Below, one piece after another: positions 1 through 10,501 of a DNA stretch of 64,000 nucleotides; within the stretch, counting starts at the first letter, position 1, and the number at the start of each line of letters is the position of its first letter. The stretch spans positions 1-64,000 of the forward strand of contig CAVSBQ010000002.1 of assembly GCA_963726265.1 (NCBI GenBank). Direction: 5' to 3'. The stretch comes from Candidatus Aenigmatarchaeota archaeon. GTDB lineage: Archaea; Aenigmatarchaeota; Aenigmatarchaeia; QMZP01; QMZT01. The translations under genes and the position numbers were made by a program. Under the pieces are notes generated by a model that saw nothing but the letters and a program-made list of their open reading frames with translations, was not told the origin of the DNA and did not search any database.

Positions 1-4
1 TAGC

Positions 5-1272
5 ATGAAAGCGGATTCCAGCCTTTCGGGTTTCGACCTCGAGCTTGAGGAATTTGAGGTCAGGAAGACGGACAAGTTCTCGAGAGTATGGAGAATCGGT
101 TATGGCGGGAGCATCACGGGCAAGCCCGTTGTGCTGAACGGAAAGGTATATTTCGGGGCAAGAGACTGCCATATATTCTGCCTTGGCGCCGATAGCGGAA
201 AGGAGATTTGGAGGTTCCGCGCAGACGGGCCCATGACCGCGGGAGTGGCGGTTTCCGGTAACATTGTTTTCGGAGGTTCAAAGGACGGCTATTTGTATGC
301 AGTCGAGACGAAAAGAGGCAGGCTTTTGTGGAGGTTCAAGACAGGGGACGAAATATTCTGCAAGCCATGCGTCTACGAGGAAAGAGTGTATATCGGTTCT
401 AGGGACGGGTTCGTCTACTGCATAAACATCAAAACGGGCAGGGAAGCCTGGAGGTTCAAGACGGGCGATGCGATCGCTTGCGGGGCGAACGGGCGCGAAG
501 GAAAAATATACATAGGCTCGTTTGACGGCAATTTCTACTGCCTTGACGCGGAGACGGGCAAGGAAATCTGGAGGTTCAGGACGGGGGATGAAATATTCAC
601 GGTCGAACCCTTTAACGTTTTCAACGGCTTCATCTACTTCGGCTCGTTCGACAACTATCTTTATGCCGTGAACACTGAAACCGGAAAGGAGAAATGGCGA
701 TTCCGCACCGGCAGGTTCGGCAATTCGAGCAGCCCGGTCCTGCACAAGGGCATCCTTTATCACGGCTCAAGGGACGGCATCATGTTCGCCATAAGGGAAA
801 AGGACGGGAAAGAGGTATGGCGCTTCCAGATCGGCGCCGAGGAAATAATAACCCAACTGCCCCTCATTCTGGGCGACAGGCTTTATTTCGGGGCAGGAGA
901 CAACAATTTTTACTGCCTCAATCTCGAGACGGGCAAGGAGATTTGGAGATACAAGACAGATGGCGTCATCTACTCGTCCCCTGATTTCTGGAACAACAAA
1001 TTATACTTCGGCTCATACGACTGCCATCTCTACTGCCTTGATCTCGAAGGCAAAGAGGCCTGGAGGTTCGCTACTTCCACCCTCGTCCCTGCTTTCAACC
1101 CGCCAGTCACCGATGATTTCGAGATCGTGGTCAGGAAAACGAGAACGGAAGAAGAAATCGAAGAAGGAGGACAGGTACGAGGTCAACGTTTCCGCCGTCT
1201 CAGCGCGGGGAATACGAGTCCGAAAGCGAATACCATGTGAAGGTCGAATACCATCAGAAGATGAAATATTAA
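5..1272 (+). CDS. PQQ-like (BamB-type) beta-propeller repeat protein with EY-hexapeptide C-terminal tail; frameshifts near 1160-1210
   Basis: Repeated 'vYfGs.Dg..Yc.d..tGke.WrF.tg' blades. The tail EYESESEYHVKVEYHQKMKY* is read in a shifted frame ending at TAA 1270-1272. Confidence 0.85.
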
Positions 1273-1293
1273 GTTAAATGACAAGGTTTTGTT

Positions 1294-2558
1294 ATGGAGC
1301 AAACATTCTCCTTCGATGAATTTTCAGTCGAACTCGAGGACTTTGAAGTGCGAAAGAAGCGCAAGTTCGACAGGATGTGGAAGTCTGGCGAAGGCGGTAG
1401 CATAATCAACTGCCCTCTTATTCATGATAGCATGCTTTATTTCGGTGCGATGGACGGCTATCTTTATGCGGTGGACCTGAAGACAAAAAAGGAGAAATGG
1501 AGGTACAAGACCGGCGGCAAGATATATTTTTCATCTCCGGTCATTCATGACGGCGTTATTTACATAGGCAGCTACGATTATTGTCTGTATGCCATATCGC
1601 TTGAAGGCAAGGGCTTATGGCAATTCCGGACGGGTGGAGAGATGTTTTCGAGCCCGCTGGCGCTTGACGGCAGGATTTACATCAGGCTCAAGGGATGGTG
1701 CCTTTATGCAATCGATAAAAAACAAGAAAGGAAATATGGAAGTTCAAAACCGGCGGGGAAATTGCAAGCTCGCCGACTGCCAGCGGCAAAAGGATATTGA
1801 TAGGCAGTTTTGACGGCAACATATACTGCGTCGATGCAAAGACAGGCAAAGAAATATGGAGATTCAGGACAGGCGAAGAGGTGATATGCTGCTCATATTT
1901 TTTCGTAAACCGAAACATTCTTTACTTCGGTTCGATGGACAATTATCTGTATGCTGTTGACATAACGGGCGGCAAGGAAATATGGCGGTTCAGAACTGGC
2001 AGTTACGGCAATTCGAGCATACCTGTGCCCATGCAAAATCTCTTTACCATGGCTGCAAGGGATGGCTATTTTTACGCCCTGGACATGAAACGGGAAAGGA
2101 AATATGGAGAATCAGGGTCGAAGGCGGCTTTGCTGGCTCGAACCCTCGTGGTTAAAGGAACGGATATATTTTTCCGAAGAATCAGGCAACATCCATGCCA
2201 TAAATTTAGAAGGTAAGGAAATATGGAAAACAAGGCTTGGTGCAGGAAGCTAGGGAACTCCCGCCGTTCACGGCAATAGTATATTTTTCGGCTCCTTGAT
2301 TGCCATGTATACGCCATGAACATCGAAAAGGCAAGGAAATATGGAGGTTTGCGACATCCAATCATGATGAGTCATATCTCCCGCCGCCCAATGAAATCTT
2401 CGAGGCTACTGTTAAGAAGCCCGCCTCGGATGAGGAAGGAAAGGAAGGCAAGACAAATACGATTTAGCTCTAGCTGGTCAGGGATCGAAAGCGAATACTC
2501 GGTGAAGAGCGAGTACCATTTCAAGTCCGAATACCGGCAGAAGTCGGAATACAAATGA
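1294..2558 (+). CDS. PQQ-like beta-propeller repeat protein (paralog 2), multiply frameshifted
   Basis: Blade motifs in ORFs 1294-1800 and 1797-2216 and in fragments to about 2350. Tail IESEYSVKSEYHFKSEYRQKSEYK*. Confidence 0.8.
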
Positions 2559-2658
2559 GCGCTCACTTCGGAATTCTTTGTATTTTCATACCAAAATATT
2601 AATAAATACGGGTATTTATTGGCAGATATTTATTTGGCCGCCGCTAACTATTTCAATT

Positions 2659-4431
2659 ATGGCCGATGATAACCGTAAAAAGGAAAAGCGCACGGAAGTC
2701 AAGAGCTCAAGCTTCAAGGAGATAATCGATGGCGAGGTGGTCAGCGAGCCGCAGCCTAAAAAAGCGCTCGAAAAGCCCGTTCCGAAGCCCGGAAAGAAGC
2801 CAGCGGAAAAGCCAAAAGAAAAAATGGATAAAGAGTTCGTGGAAAGCATGATTGCCGCCTCGAAGCCTCCGCAGAAACCGCAGGCGGCCAGGAAAGCGGA
2901 GCGCAGGACAGGCTTCAGGATTATAGAGAACGGCGAATATATTGACGGGTCAGAAGGCCTGGAGGCTACGCCCCATGGAGACGTCATCAGCACGCCCGAG
3001 GCCAAAAATATCACAGACGAGGCGGAAGAGGAACCCGACAAGGTCAAGAAAAGCCTGAAGTATTCTTCCATCGATGGCGTTTTCAACTCCGCGTCGGGCA
3101 GCATACAGACCTCGTTCACCACGCCCTTCGCCCTCGCGCTCGGCGCCTCCAACGCGCAAATAGGGATTCTCAACTCGCTGGAGAACCTCACCGCAACGGT
3201 CGCGCAAGTCCCGGGCGCGATGCTCACGAAGTTCTGGAGCAGGAAGCGCATATGGCTGGTTTCCCAGGTGCTGGCGAAGATTCTCATATGGATACCCATA
3301 ATGCTGCTGCCTTTCGCCGCGGTGGAAAACCGCGTTATGATACTCATCGGCCTGCTCGCGCTTTCGAACTTCTTCCTTTACATCCGTTCGCCCGCGTGGT
3401 CGAGCCTGATGGGCGACCTGGTTTCGCTCAACATACGCGGCAGGTATTTCGGCAGGAGGAACATGCTCGTGGGGATTTCGGGCGTAGTCGCGACGCTCGC
3501 CGCCGGCTTCATTCTCGCGTACTGGGGCTTCACCGCGATTTTCTTCATATCCATACTCATCTCCGTGGTTGCAATCTTCTTTTTCATGAAGATGTACGAG
3601 CCACCGGTGAAAAAGGTGTTCCATTACAAATACGCCCCCTCCTTCAAAATGAAGGGCTGGTGGACGTCCATCAGGGTCAACAGGGAATTCGTCCTGTTCA
3701 CGGTATACCTCGCTTCCATGAACTTCGCCATCGACGTCGCTGCGCCGTTCTATGCTGTCTACATGCTAAAGAACCTGAGCATAGGCTACGAGTGGTTCGC
3801 CGTCGCGGTCGTCGTGGGCGCGCTGGCCAAGGCGCTGAGCAACAAATACTGGGGCAGGCTCAACGACAGGTTCGGCAGCAGGAAAATACTCATAATAACC
3901 GGCATCCTCGGCTGCTTCGTCCCTTTCGGCTGGATGCTGGCCTCGAGCCTTTTGCACGTTTTCATCATAAAGATATACGACGGCCTGGTATTCTCCGGCT
4001 TCGAGCTGGTAATTTTCAACTACCTGCTCGAGGTCACGCCCGCGAAGAACAGGCCCAAATACGTCGCAGCGCACAACTTCTTCACGGGCATAGGCACGGT
4101 TCTCGGCGACATCTTCGGCGCCCTGCTGGTGGTGGTTTTCGAAGGCAGCGGCTTCTTCCTGCTGGCCGGCCTGCAGGTCGTCTTCCTCGCATCCTTCGTC
4201 CTGCGCCTGTCGTGCCTTTCGTTCTTCGTGCTCATAAAGAACATCGACGTGAAGCAGAGCGACCTCGTGCCCGTCCGCTACGTGTTCTGGCAGGCCGTCG
4301 CGGTCGAGCCGGCGCGAGGGATAAAGCACGCCATCGTCTTCACCTTCCGCTACCCTCCGAAGGTCGAGCGCGAGCTCCGCGACAGCGTGAAGAAGCTGGA
4401 AAGCAGGCTCAAGCTGAAGATGAACGCGTGA
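2659..4431 (+). CDS. MFS transporter with long charged N-terminal extension
   Basis: About 12 hydrophobic segments, MFS motif-A-like 'WGRLNDRFGSRKIL', and roughly 125 aa of Lys/Glu/Pro-rich N-terminus. Confidence 0.9.
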   Translation: MADDNRKKEKRTEVKSSSFKEIIDGEVVSEPQPKKALEKPVPKPGKKPAEKPKEKMDKEFVESMIAASKPPQKPQAARKAERRTGFRIIENGEYIDGSEGLEATPHGDVISTPEAKNITDEAEEEPDKVKKSLKYSSIDGVFNSASGSIQTSFTTPFALALGASNAQIGILNSLENLTATVAQVPGAMLTKFWSRKRIWLVSQVLAKILIWIPIMLLPFAAVENRVMILIGLLALSNFFLYIRSPAWSSLMGDLVSLNIRGRYFGRRNMLVGISGVVATLAAGFILAYWGFTAIFFISILISVVAIFFFMKMYEPPVKKVFHYKYAPSFKMKGWWTSIRVNREFVLFTVYLASMNFAIDVAAPFYAVYMLKNLSIGYEWFAVAVVVGALAKALSNKYWGRLNDRFGSRKILIITGILGCFVPFGWMLASSLLHVFIIKIYDGLVFSGFELVIFNYLLEVTPAKNRPKYVAAHNFFTGIGTVLGDIFGALLVVVFEGSGFFLLAGLQVVFLASFVLRLSCLSFFVLIKNIDVKQSDLVPVRYVFWQAVAVEPARGIKHAIVFTFRYPPKVERELRDSVKKLESRLKLKMNA

Positions 4432-4538
4432 ACCTTCCCGGATTCCGTGCGAAGCTGAGGGCTGTAAGCTTTGGGCTATGGCATTGCTTTTTAATTTTTA
4501 TCTCCCATAGTAGTTATCTGAAAAAGGAAGGTTATCCA

Positions 4539-5009
4539 ATGAAATATTCGGTTTCAGATTACATCCGCGCATTGTTCGGAAATTTTCCATGTCACTACGT
4601 AGATGCATTCTTCCAGGGCTATGACAAGGACACGGTGCTCGACACAGGCGAGCTGGCACGCACCCTTGGAAAGAGGGGGGCCGACAGGGTTGCCAAAAAA
4701 ATCCTCGGGCGGATACTCGCGGAAGTCGATGCAAGGAAAGCGCTGACCAGTTGCCTGTCCGCTTTGGGCGAAGGGACACTTGAGTTTAAATCTGGGTCAT
4801 ACATAGAGAAAGCGGAGAGGGCAAAGAGGGATAATGAAAATACAAAAATCTTATACGGTTTAGAGACTAGAGGCAAAGTCGACGTGTTCTACAGGCATCC
4901 ACCTGCCTCTGATGGAGAGCCGGTGAATATAGTGGCGCAGTTGGCTAAGAAAGCCAAATCCAGCCGCCCCGAGGGAAGCGGGCAGGTTAAAAGCTGGAAT
5001 GCAGAATAA
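4539..5009 (+). CDS. Hypothetical protein
   Basis: ATG at 4539 after purine-rich AAGGAAGG; 156 aa open frame with protein-like composition. Confidence 0.6.
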   Translation: MKYSVSDYIRALFGNFPCHYVDAFFQGYDKDTVLDTGELARTLGKRGADRVAKKILGRILAEVDARKALTSCLSALGEGTLEFKSGSYIEKAERAKRDNENTKILYGLETRGKVDVFYRHPPASDGEPVNIVAQLAKKAKSSRPEGSGQVKSWNAE

Positions 5010-5029
5010 AACTGAAGATGAACCGATAA
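4991..5029 (+). repeat. Diverged copy of the MFS gene 3' end (4393-4431)
   Basis: Encodes KLECRIKLKMNR* versus KLESRLKLKMNA*; 30/39 nt identical. Confidence 0.75.
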
Positions 5030-5129
5030 ATTTCTGAATGTATTTTATTCTCGTTTTCTGATGATAAAAATTTAAAACACCAAATTAAGTTTTTTAAAGC
5101 TTTTTTTCAATCATATACTGGGTAGTAGT

Positions 5130-5432
5130 ATGGTAAAGGGACTTTTTGAAGAATATGTTGAACTGAAGTCACTAAGCGGTACTGTTCACATGCTTGCAAA
5201 TAGTTCTGCAGCTCAACACAGACATGTGGTAATGTCTTATCAGTTACATCAAAATGCTAATGAAAATCCAGCGCTACAACTTGATCGTGAATTCGACGTC
5301 CATTATACGGAGTTAGAAACACGTTCTCGAGAAAGTCGAGCTGAAGAAATTGATAGACAAATAAGAGGAATAGAACTTTTTCATCCTGAAATAAAAGCGG
5401 AGTATGCAAAAACCTTCCCTGGAAAAAAATAA
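5130..5432 (+). CDS. Hypothetical protein (AT-rich)
   Basis: 100 aa ORF with an AT-rich upstream region. Confidence 0.6.
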   Translation: MVKGLFEEYVELKSLSGTVHMLANSSAAQHRHVVMSYQLHQNANENPALQLDREFDVHYTELETRSRESRAEEIDRQIRGIELFHPEIKAEYAKTFPGKK

Positions 5433-5566
5433 TTTTTCACCCGATTAAGTTTTGTTTTCCAGTGTTCTGGCTCAGCTAAGAATGATGTGCTGGCGGTGAA
5501 TTCAATCACCATTTTACAAAAGCAGCCGCGGTCAACAATTTATGTGAGCTCCTGCAATTCTCTATC

Positions 5567-6538
5567 ATGAAGACCGTCATCCTGACGCACTCGGACTGCG
5601 ACGGCATATGCGCGGGGGCGATCGCGCTCTCGAGGTTCCCGGACGCGGACGTATTCTTCACAAAACCCGTCTCCCTCTACGACGACCTGAACGCGCAGGA
5701 GGCGGACAGGATAATAATCGCGGACATCGCCATCACGCGCAAGGACATCCCCGACATCCTGAAGCTCTTCGAGCAGAAGGCGGGGAAAAGCGAACTCATG
5801 TATTTCGACCACCACCCGCTCCCCGAGAACGCCAGGAAGAAGATGTCGGAAATCGCCTCGGTCTACATAAACGGCGAGGGCAGCGCCTCGGAAATAATAT
5901 ACAGGCATTTCCAGGACGAAATCCCGCAGGAAAGGGTATGGATCGCGATTTACGGAGCCATAGGCGATTACGAGGAGCACACGAAGTTCGTCGAGGAGCG
6001 CCTGAAGAGCTGGGATGTCCGGGCGCTTTATTTCCAGGCCAGCACGGTCTTCCTCGGCATAAAGGACAGACAGTTCGAGGACTACGACGCGAAAAGGAAA
6101 ATCGTGCAGACGCTCGCCTCGGGCAGGAACCCCTCCGACGTGCCGGAGCTGGTCGAGGCCGCGCAGCGCGTGGTCAGGGGCGAGTTCATGCTTTACGAGC
6201 TCATCAAGAAGGCCGCGAAAAAGGTGGGCGACGTCGGTTACGTAAAGGATTTGTATTCCTTCGGCTTCCGAGGGCCTTCCGCGCTTTTCGCCGCGACCGT
6301 GACGGACAGCCGCGTAGGCCTCTCCGTCTTCGTCCGCAAGAACAACCTGGACGTTACCATGCGCTCGCGCGACTATACCCTCGAACTCAACACGATAGCC
6401 GAGGACGCGGCCGAGGCAGTCGGAGGCTCCGGCGGCGGCCACAGGCAGGCAGCCGGTTCCCGAATCCCGTTGGACAAGTTCGACGCTTACCTGAAGGCGG
6501 TAAACATGATGCTGAAAAAGCAGAAAGGGAAAGGCTGA
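5567..6538 (+). CDS. DHH/DHHA1 family phosphoesterase
   Basis: Motifs HSDCDG, IIIADI, FDHH and GGSGGGH..AAG. Confidence 0.9.
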   Translation: MKTVILTHSDCDGICAGAIALSRFPDADVFFTKPVSLYDDLNAQEADRIIIADIAITRKDIPDILKLFEQKAGKSELMYFDHHPLPENARKKMSEIASVYINGEGSASEIIYRHFQDEIPQERVWIAIYGAIGDYEEHTKFVEERLKSWDVRALYFQASTVFLGIKDRQFEDYDAKRKIVQTLASGRNPSDVPELVEAAQRVVRGEFMLYELIKKAAKKVGDVGYVKDLYSFGFRGPSALFAATVTDSRVGLSVFVRKNNLDVTMRSRDYTLELNTIAEDAAEAVGGSGGGHRQAAGSRIPLDKFDAYLKAVNMMLKKQKGKG

Positions 6539-7194
6539 TGAAAACGCGATTCGGCTTCTCGGCAAGGGAATGCAGGATCCTTGCGAAGCTAGACACGCCC
6601 GCAAAAATCCAGGACTACGTCGACGCGCTCGCCTACAACCTGGAGGAGCATGGCGAAACATATTATTCGCCGGCTATGGTCATCAGGTACAAAAAGGCTG
6701 ACTGCATAGAGGGAGCGATTTTCGCCGCTGCCGCGCTCCGCTTCCATGGTTACCCTCCATTGCTGCTCGATCTTACCGCCAACAAGCGAGACAGCGATCA
6801 TGTCCTCGCGATCTTCAGGCATAACGGCTGCTGGGGCGCGATAGGAAAATCGAAGTACACGTTCTTCGCCTTCCGCGAGCCGGTATACAGGACGCTCCGC
6901 GAACTGGCGATGTCCTATTTCGAGCTTTACTTCAACTTCTGGGGCGAGAAAACCATGCGCAGTTTCTCGAAGCGGCCGCTGAACTTGGCCATGTTCGACA
7001 GCAAGAAATGGATGACCTCTGAAAAATACCTTTTTTTTGTCGCCACAGAACTGGACAAGCTGCCGCATGAAAAAATCCTGAAGCCGGGGATGGCGAGAAG
7101 CCTGCGCAGGGTGACGCCGCTGGACAAGGAGTCGGGCGAGATATGGATTCGCAGGAAGGGCATCCTGAAGAAGCTGGAGAAGAAGGGATACTGA
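6538..7194 (+). CDS. Transglutaminase-like hypothetical protein
   Basis: Coupled by TGATG to the upstream gene. 'ADCIEGA' and 'DHVLA....W' suggest a Cys-His catalytic core. Confidence 0.6.
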   Translation: MKTRFGFSARECRILAKLDTPAKIQDYVDALAYNLEEHGETYYSPAMVIRYKKADCIEGAIFAAAALRFHGYPPLLLDLTANKRDSDHVLAIFRHNGCWGAIGKSKYTFFAFREPVYRTLRELAMSYFELYFNFWGEKTMRSFSKRPLNLAMFDSKKWMTSEKYLFFVATELDKLPHEKILKPGMARSLRRVTPLDKESGEIWIRRKGILKKLEKKGY

Positions 7195-7783
7195 TGAACC
7201 TCAGGGACGGCGAGTTCGCGGTGAAGTTCGCGCGCAGGGTAATCGAGGCATGGGTTTCCGAGGGGAAGGAGCTGTCAAGGCCGGAGAAGACGCCGAAGCG
7301 ATTTCTTGCGAAGTCCGGCGTGTTCACCACGCTGTACACCTATCCGGAGCGCGACCTGCGCGGCTGCATAGGGCTTCCTTATCCTTACAAGCCGCTCATC
7401 GACGCGATAATAGAGGCCGCGATAAGCGCGACCCAGGACCCGCGCTTCATGGAGTTCGGGAAGGAAGAGCTGGGCAAAACCATCATCGAAGTCTCCATCC
7501 TCACCCCGCCTGAGAAAATCACGGCAAACAGGCCGGGGATTACCTCAAAAAAATAAAAATCGGCCGCGACGGGCTTATCATAAGGAAGGGCATGCATTCA
7601 GGCCTCCTGCTGCCGCAAGTCCCGGTGGAATACGGCTGGGACGCGACTACGTTTTTGGAACATCTCTGCAACAAGGCATATCTGCCGCCAGATGCGTGGC
7701 TTTCCAGAGAGGCGCAGATATTCAGCTTCCGCTCGGAAATCTTCGGCGAGAAGAGGCCTAAAGGAAAGATAGAAAAGCTGTAG
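7194..7783 (+). CDS. AMMECR1-domain protein (TIGR00296-like), frameshift near 7540
   Basis: Motifs GVFTTL, LRGCIG, DPRF, EVSILTPP and GLLLPQVPVE. Confidence 0.9.
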
Positions 7784-7836
7784 AACCTGCAGAGCTGCAT
7801 AGCGCAGGTTTATATGAAGACTCCGCCAATTTTCTT

Positions 7837-8157
7837 ATGTTCATTATGATTGTGAAAAGGGTTGCAAGGAAACCGGGCAAGGTCAAAGTCAGCACAAGCG
7901 TGCTGAAAAGGAACGGGAGAAAGGAGAAGTTCAAAAGCGGCAAGATAAGGAAGAGCATCGAAAACGCCTGGAAGGGCTCTGACGTGACCAAGGCGAAGGC
8001 CAAGACGATCGCCTTCAGGATTGCCAGGAGGCTTGAGATGCGGCTGAGGAAGAGCGAGAACGTCAAGAGCTCGGACATCCGCTCCATGATACTGGCCGAA
8101 CTTGACAAGGAAGACAAGAAGCTGGCCGAGAGCTTCAGGGCCTACAGCAAGCACTGA
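7837..8157 (+). CDS. Stand-alone ATP-cone domain protein
   Basis: VLKRNGRKEKFKSGKIRKSI...SSDIRSMILAEL matches the ATP-cone pattern. Confidence 0.85.
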   Translation: MFIMIVKRVARKPGKVKVSTSVLKRNGRKEKFKSGKIRKSIENAWKGSDVTKAKAKTIAFRIARRLEMRLRKSENVKSSDIRSMILAELDKEDKKLAESFRAYSKH

Positions 8158-8309
8158 AGTCTTTTCGCAGACCTGGAACCCGCCTTTCCGCCACGTAAAA
8201 TTTATAAAGCCTCGGCTCCATTAACAGTTTATATAGGTATAAACGAGGATAAGGGAAAAAGTCATGCTTTTTCTATCGAATCCCGGTAAAACCATAAAGA
8301 GTGATAAAT

Positions 8310-9731
8310 ATGAAAGAATTTAGGAAACTGGGCATCATAGAGCCCATAGTGAAAGTAATAGAGGAACAGAAGTTCGCCAAGCCGAGCGAGATACAGGAAA
8401 AATCGATTCCCGCTGTTGTTGCGGGGAAGGACGTGATAGGAGGCTCGGCGACGGGCTCGGGCAAGACGCTCGTGTTCGGGGCCGGCATAATCCAGCACGT
8501 CGAGCGCGGCCGCGGCCTTCAGTCGCTCATACTCACGCCGACAAGGGAGCTGGCCGAACAGGACGCGAAGGCGCTGGAAATGTTCTCGAAATACAAGCCG
8601 CTGGAAATAATAGCGGTTTACGGCGGCGTCTCGATAAACCCGCAGATTGACGCACTGAGGACAGCGGATGTCGTGGTCGGAACGCCAGGCAGGATACTGG
8701 ACCACCTCGAGAGAAGGACCATTTATCTCGGCAACGTGAGAATCCTCGTCCTGGACGAGGCCGACCGCATGCTCGACATGGGCTTCATCGACGACGTCGA
8801 GGATATAATCAGGCACTGCCCGCACGAAAGGCAGACGATGCTTTTCTCCGCGACCATAACCACGGATATTTCGCGCCTGGCGCAGAACTACATGAGGAAC
8901 CCGGTCGAGATTTCGGCCGAGAGCTATGTCGACCCGAAAAAGCTGCAGCAGACCTATTATGACGTGCCGGACAACATGAAGTTTTCGCTGCTCGTCCACC
9001 TGCTGAGGCACGAGAAAGCGGGGCTGGTCATGGTCTTCTGCAACACGCGCAGCAACGTCGATTTCGTGGCGAACAACCTCAGGCTTAACGGCGTCGACGC
9101 GGAGGCGATACACGGCGGCTTCTCGCAGGACAAGAGGAGCAAGGCCATGGAGAACTTCCACGCTAAAAACGTTTACGTGCTCGTGTGCACGGACGTCGCT
9201 GCCAGGGGACTGGACATCAAGGGCGTATCGCATGTTTACAATTATGACACCCCGAAGGAGAGCAAGCAATACATCCACAGGATAGGCAGGACCGCGAGGG
9301 CAGGCAACGAAGGCAATGCCATAAGCATCCTTTCCGAGCGCGACCACGATAACTTTCGCCGAGTCCTGCGAGACAACGAGCTGAGCCCGCACATGGAACC
9401 GATGGAGCTGCCGCAATTCGAAAGGGCGCAGATAAGGTGGAGGCAGCCGTCGCGCTTCGATCGCGGCGAAGGCGGTTACCGTGGGCGAAGAGAAGGCTAT
9501 GGCCATCGTGAAGGCGGTTACGGAAGCCGCCGCGGCTATGGCGGAGGCGGTGGTCATCCCGGCAGAACGCATGAAGGCGGGAGCCACAGGCCGCAGCATG
9601 AAAGCGGACGCAGCGACGGCGGCCAAAGCGGAGGCGCCCAACATGAAAGGCGCCACGAAGGCGGCGGCCACCACCAGGAGCGCCGCGGCCACTCGGACCA
9701 CCGCGAACGCAGGGGCGGTTACCGCAGATAA
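8310..9731 (+). CDS. DEAD-box RNA helicase with Gly/Arg/His-rich C-tail
   Basis: Q motif, TGSGKT, PTRELA, DEAD, SAT, ARGLD and HRIGRTAR. Confidence 0.97.
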   Translation: MKEFRKLGIIEPIVKVIEEQKFAKPSEIQEKSIPAVVAGKDVIGGSATGSGKTLVFGAGIIQHVERGRGLQSLILTPTRELAEQDAKALEMFSKYKPLEIIAVYGGVSINPQIDALRTADVVVGTPGRILDHLERRTIYLGNVRILVLDEADRMLDMGFIDDVEDIIRHCPHERQTMLFSATITTDISRLAQNYMRNPVEISAESYVDPKKLQQTYYDVPDNMKFSLLVHLLRHEKAGLVMVFCNTRSNVDFVANNLRLNGVDAEAIHGGFSQDKRSKAMENFHAKNVYVLVCTDVAARGLDIKGVSHVYNYDTPKESKQYIHRIGRTARAGNEGNAISILSERDHDNFRRVLRDNELSPHMEPMELPQFERAQIRWRQPSRFDRGEGGYRGRREGYGHREGGYGSRRGYGGGGGHPGRTHEGGSHRPQHESGRSDGGQSGGAQHERRHEGGGHHQERRGHSDHRERRGGYRR

Positions 9732-9835
9732 GCCGAAAGTTTCCCCCGGGTTGCCGTTTCTTAATTTTTTTGCAATTCATGTTTAAACATAACTTTATTA
9801 GGCCATTTCACAACTTTCCTACGAGGTGTTGGGTT

Positions 9836-10108
9836 ATGACAATCGTAATAAAAAGAGACAACAGGAAAGAAGACTTCAGCCGCGACAAAATCAGGCGAAG
9901 CGTAGAGAATGCGGCGCGAAGAGTGAAGTTAGACAGCAGCAGGTCGAGGGACATCGCAGACAGGGTCGCGAGAAGCGTTGACGAGCATTTCAGGGACAGG
10001 AACGAAGTAAGGGCCACGGACATCCGCGACAGGGTCCTGAGCGAGCTGGACAAGGAAGAGAAAAGAATCTCCAAGGAATTCAGGAGCTTCAAGAAGCAGC
10101 TTAGATAA
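9836..10108 (+). CDS. Stand-alone ATP-cone domain protein
   Basis: MTIVIKRDNRKEDFSRDKIRRSV; GAGGTG ribosome-binding site upstream. Confidence 0.85.
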   Translation: MTIVIKRDNRKEDFSRDKIRRSVENAARRVKLDSSRSRDIADRVARSVDEHFRDRNEVRATDIRDRVLSELDKEEKRISKEFRSFKKQLR

Positions 10109-10132
10109 GTTTAGTAAAAGGGGTGTTGGATT

Positions 10133-10399
10133 ATGACAATCGTTTTGAAGAGGGATGGCGCGTCAGAGGACTTCAGCCGCGACAAAATCAGGAGAGGCAT
10201 CGAAAGCGCGGCAAGGCGCGCGAAGATCGACCAGAAGAGGTCGAGGGAGATTTCTGACAGGGTCGCGAGAAGCGTCGAGGACCATTTCAACGACAGGGAA
10301 GAGGTCAGGAGTTCCGACATACGCAGCAGGATCGTGAGCGAGCTGGACAGGGAAAGCAAGAGCCTTGCAAAGGAATTCAGGTCTTTCAGAAAGGTCTAA
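10133..10399 (+). CDS. Stand-alone ATP-cone domain protein (tandem duplicate)
   Basis: MTIVLKRDGASEDFSRDKIRRGI; clearly similar to the previous gene, including the upstream sequence. Confidence 0.85.
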   Translation: MTIVLKRDGASEDFSRDKIRRGIESAARRAKIDQKRSREISDRVARSVEDHFNDREEVRSSDIRSRIVSELDRESKSLAKEFRSFRKV

Positions 10400-10501
10400 A
10401 CCGCGAAAATCGGTAAAAACCGGAACTGCATTTTTTCCAGTCGAACCGACGGGAATATTCTTATTCCTTAAACTATATTAGCCCATGCACAAAAATAATA
10501 A

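Noticed and set aside
8262..9701. Long antisense or alternative-frame ORFs (also 3252-5009, 5608-6537, 45331-46197)
   Set aside because: Shadows of high-GC3 genes with no recognisable motifs.
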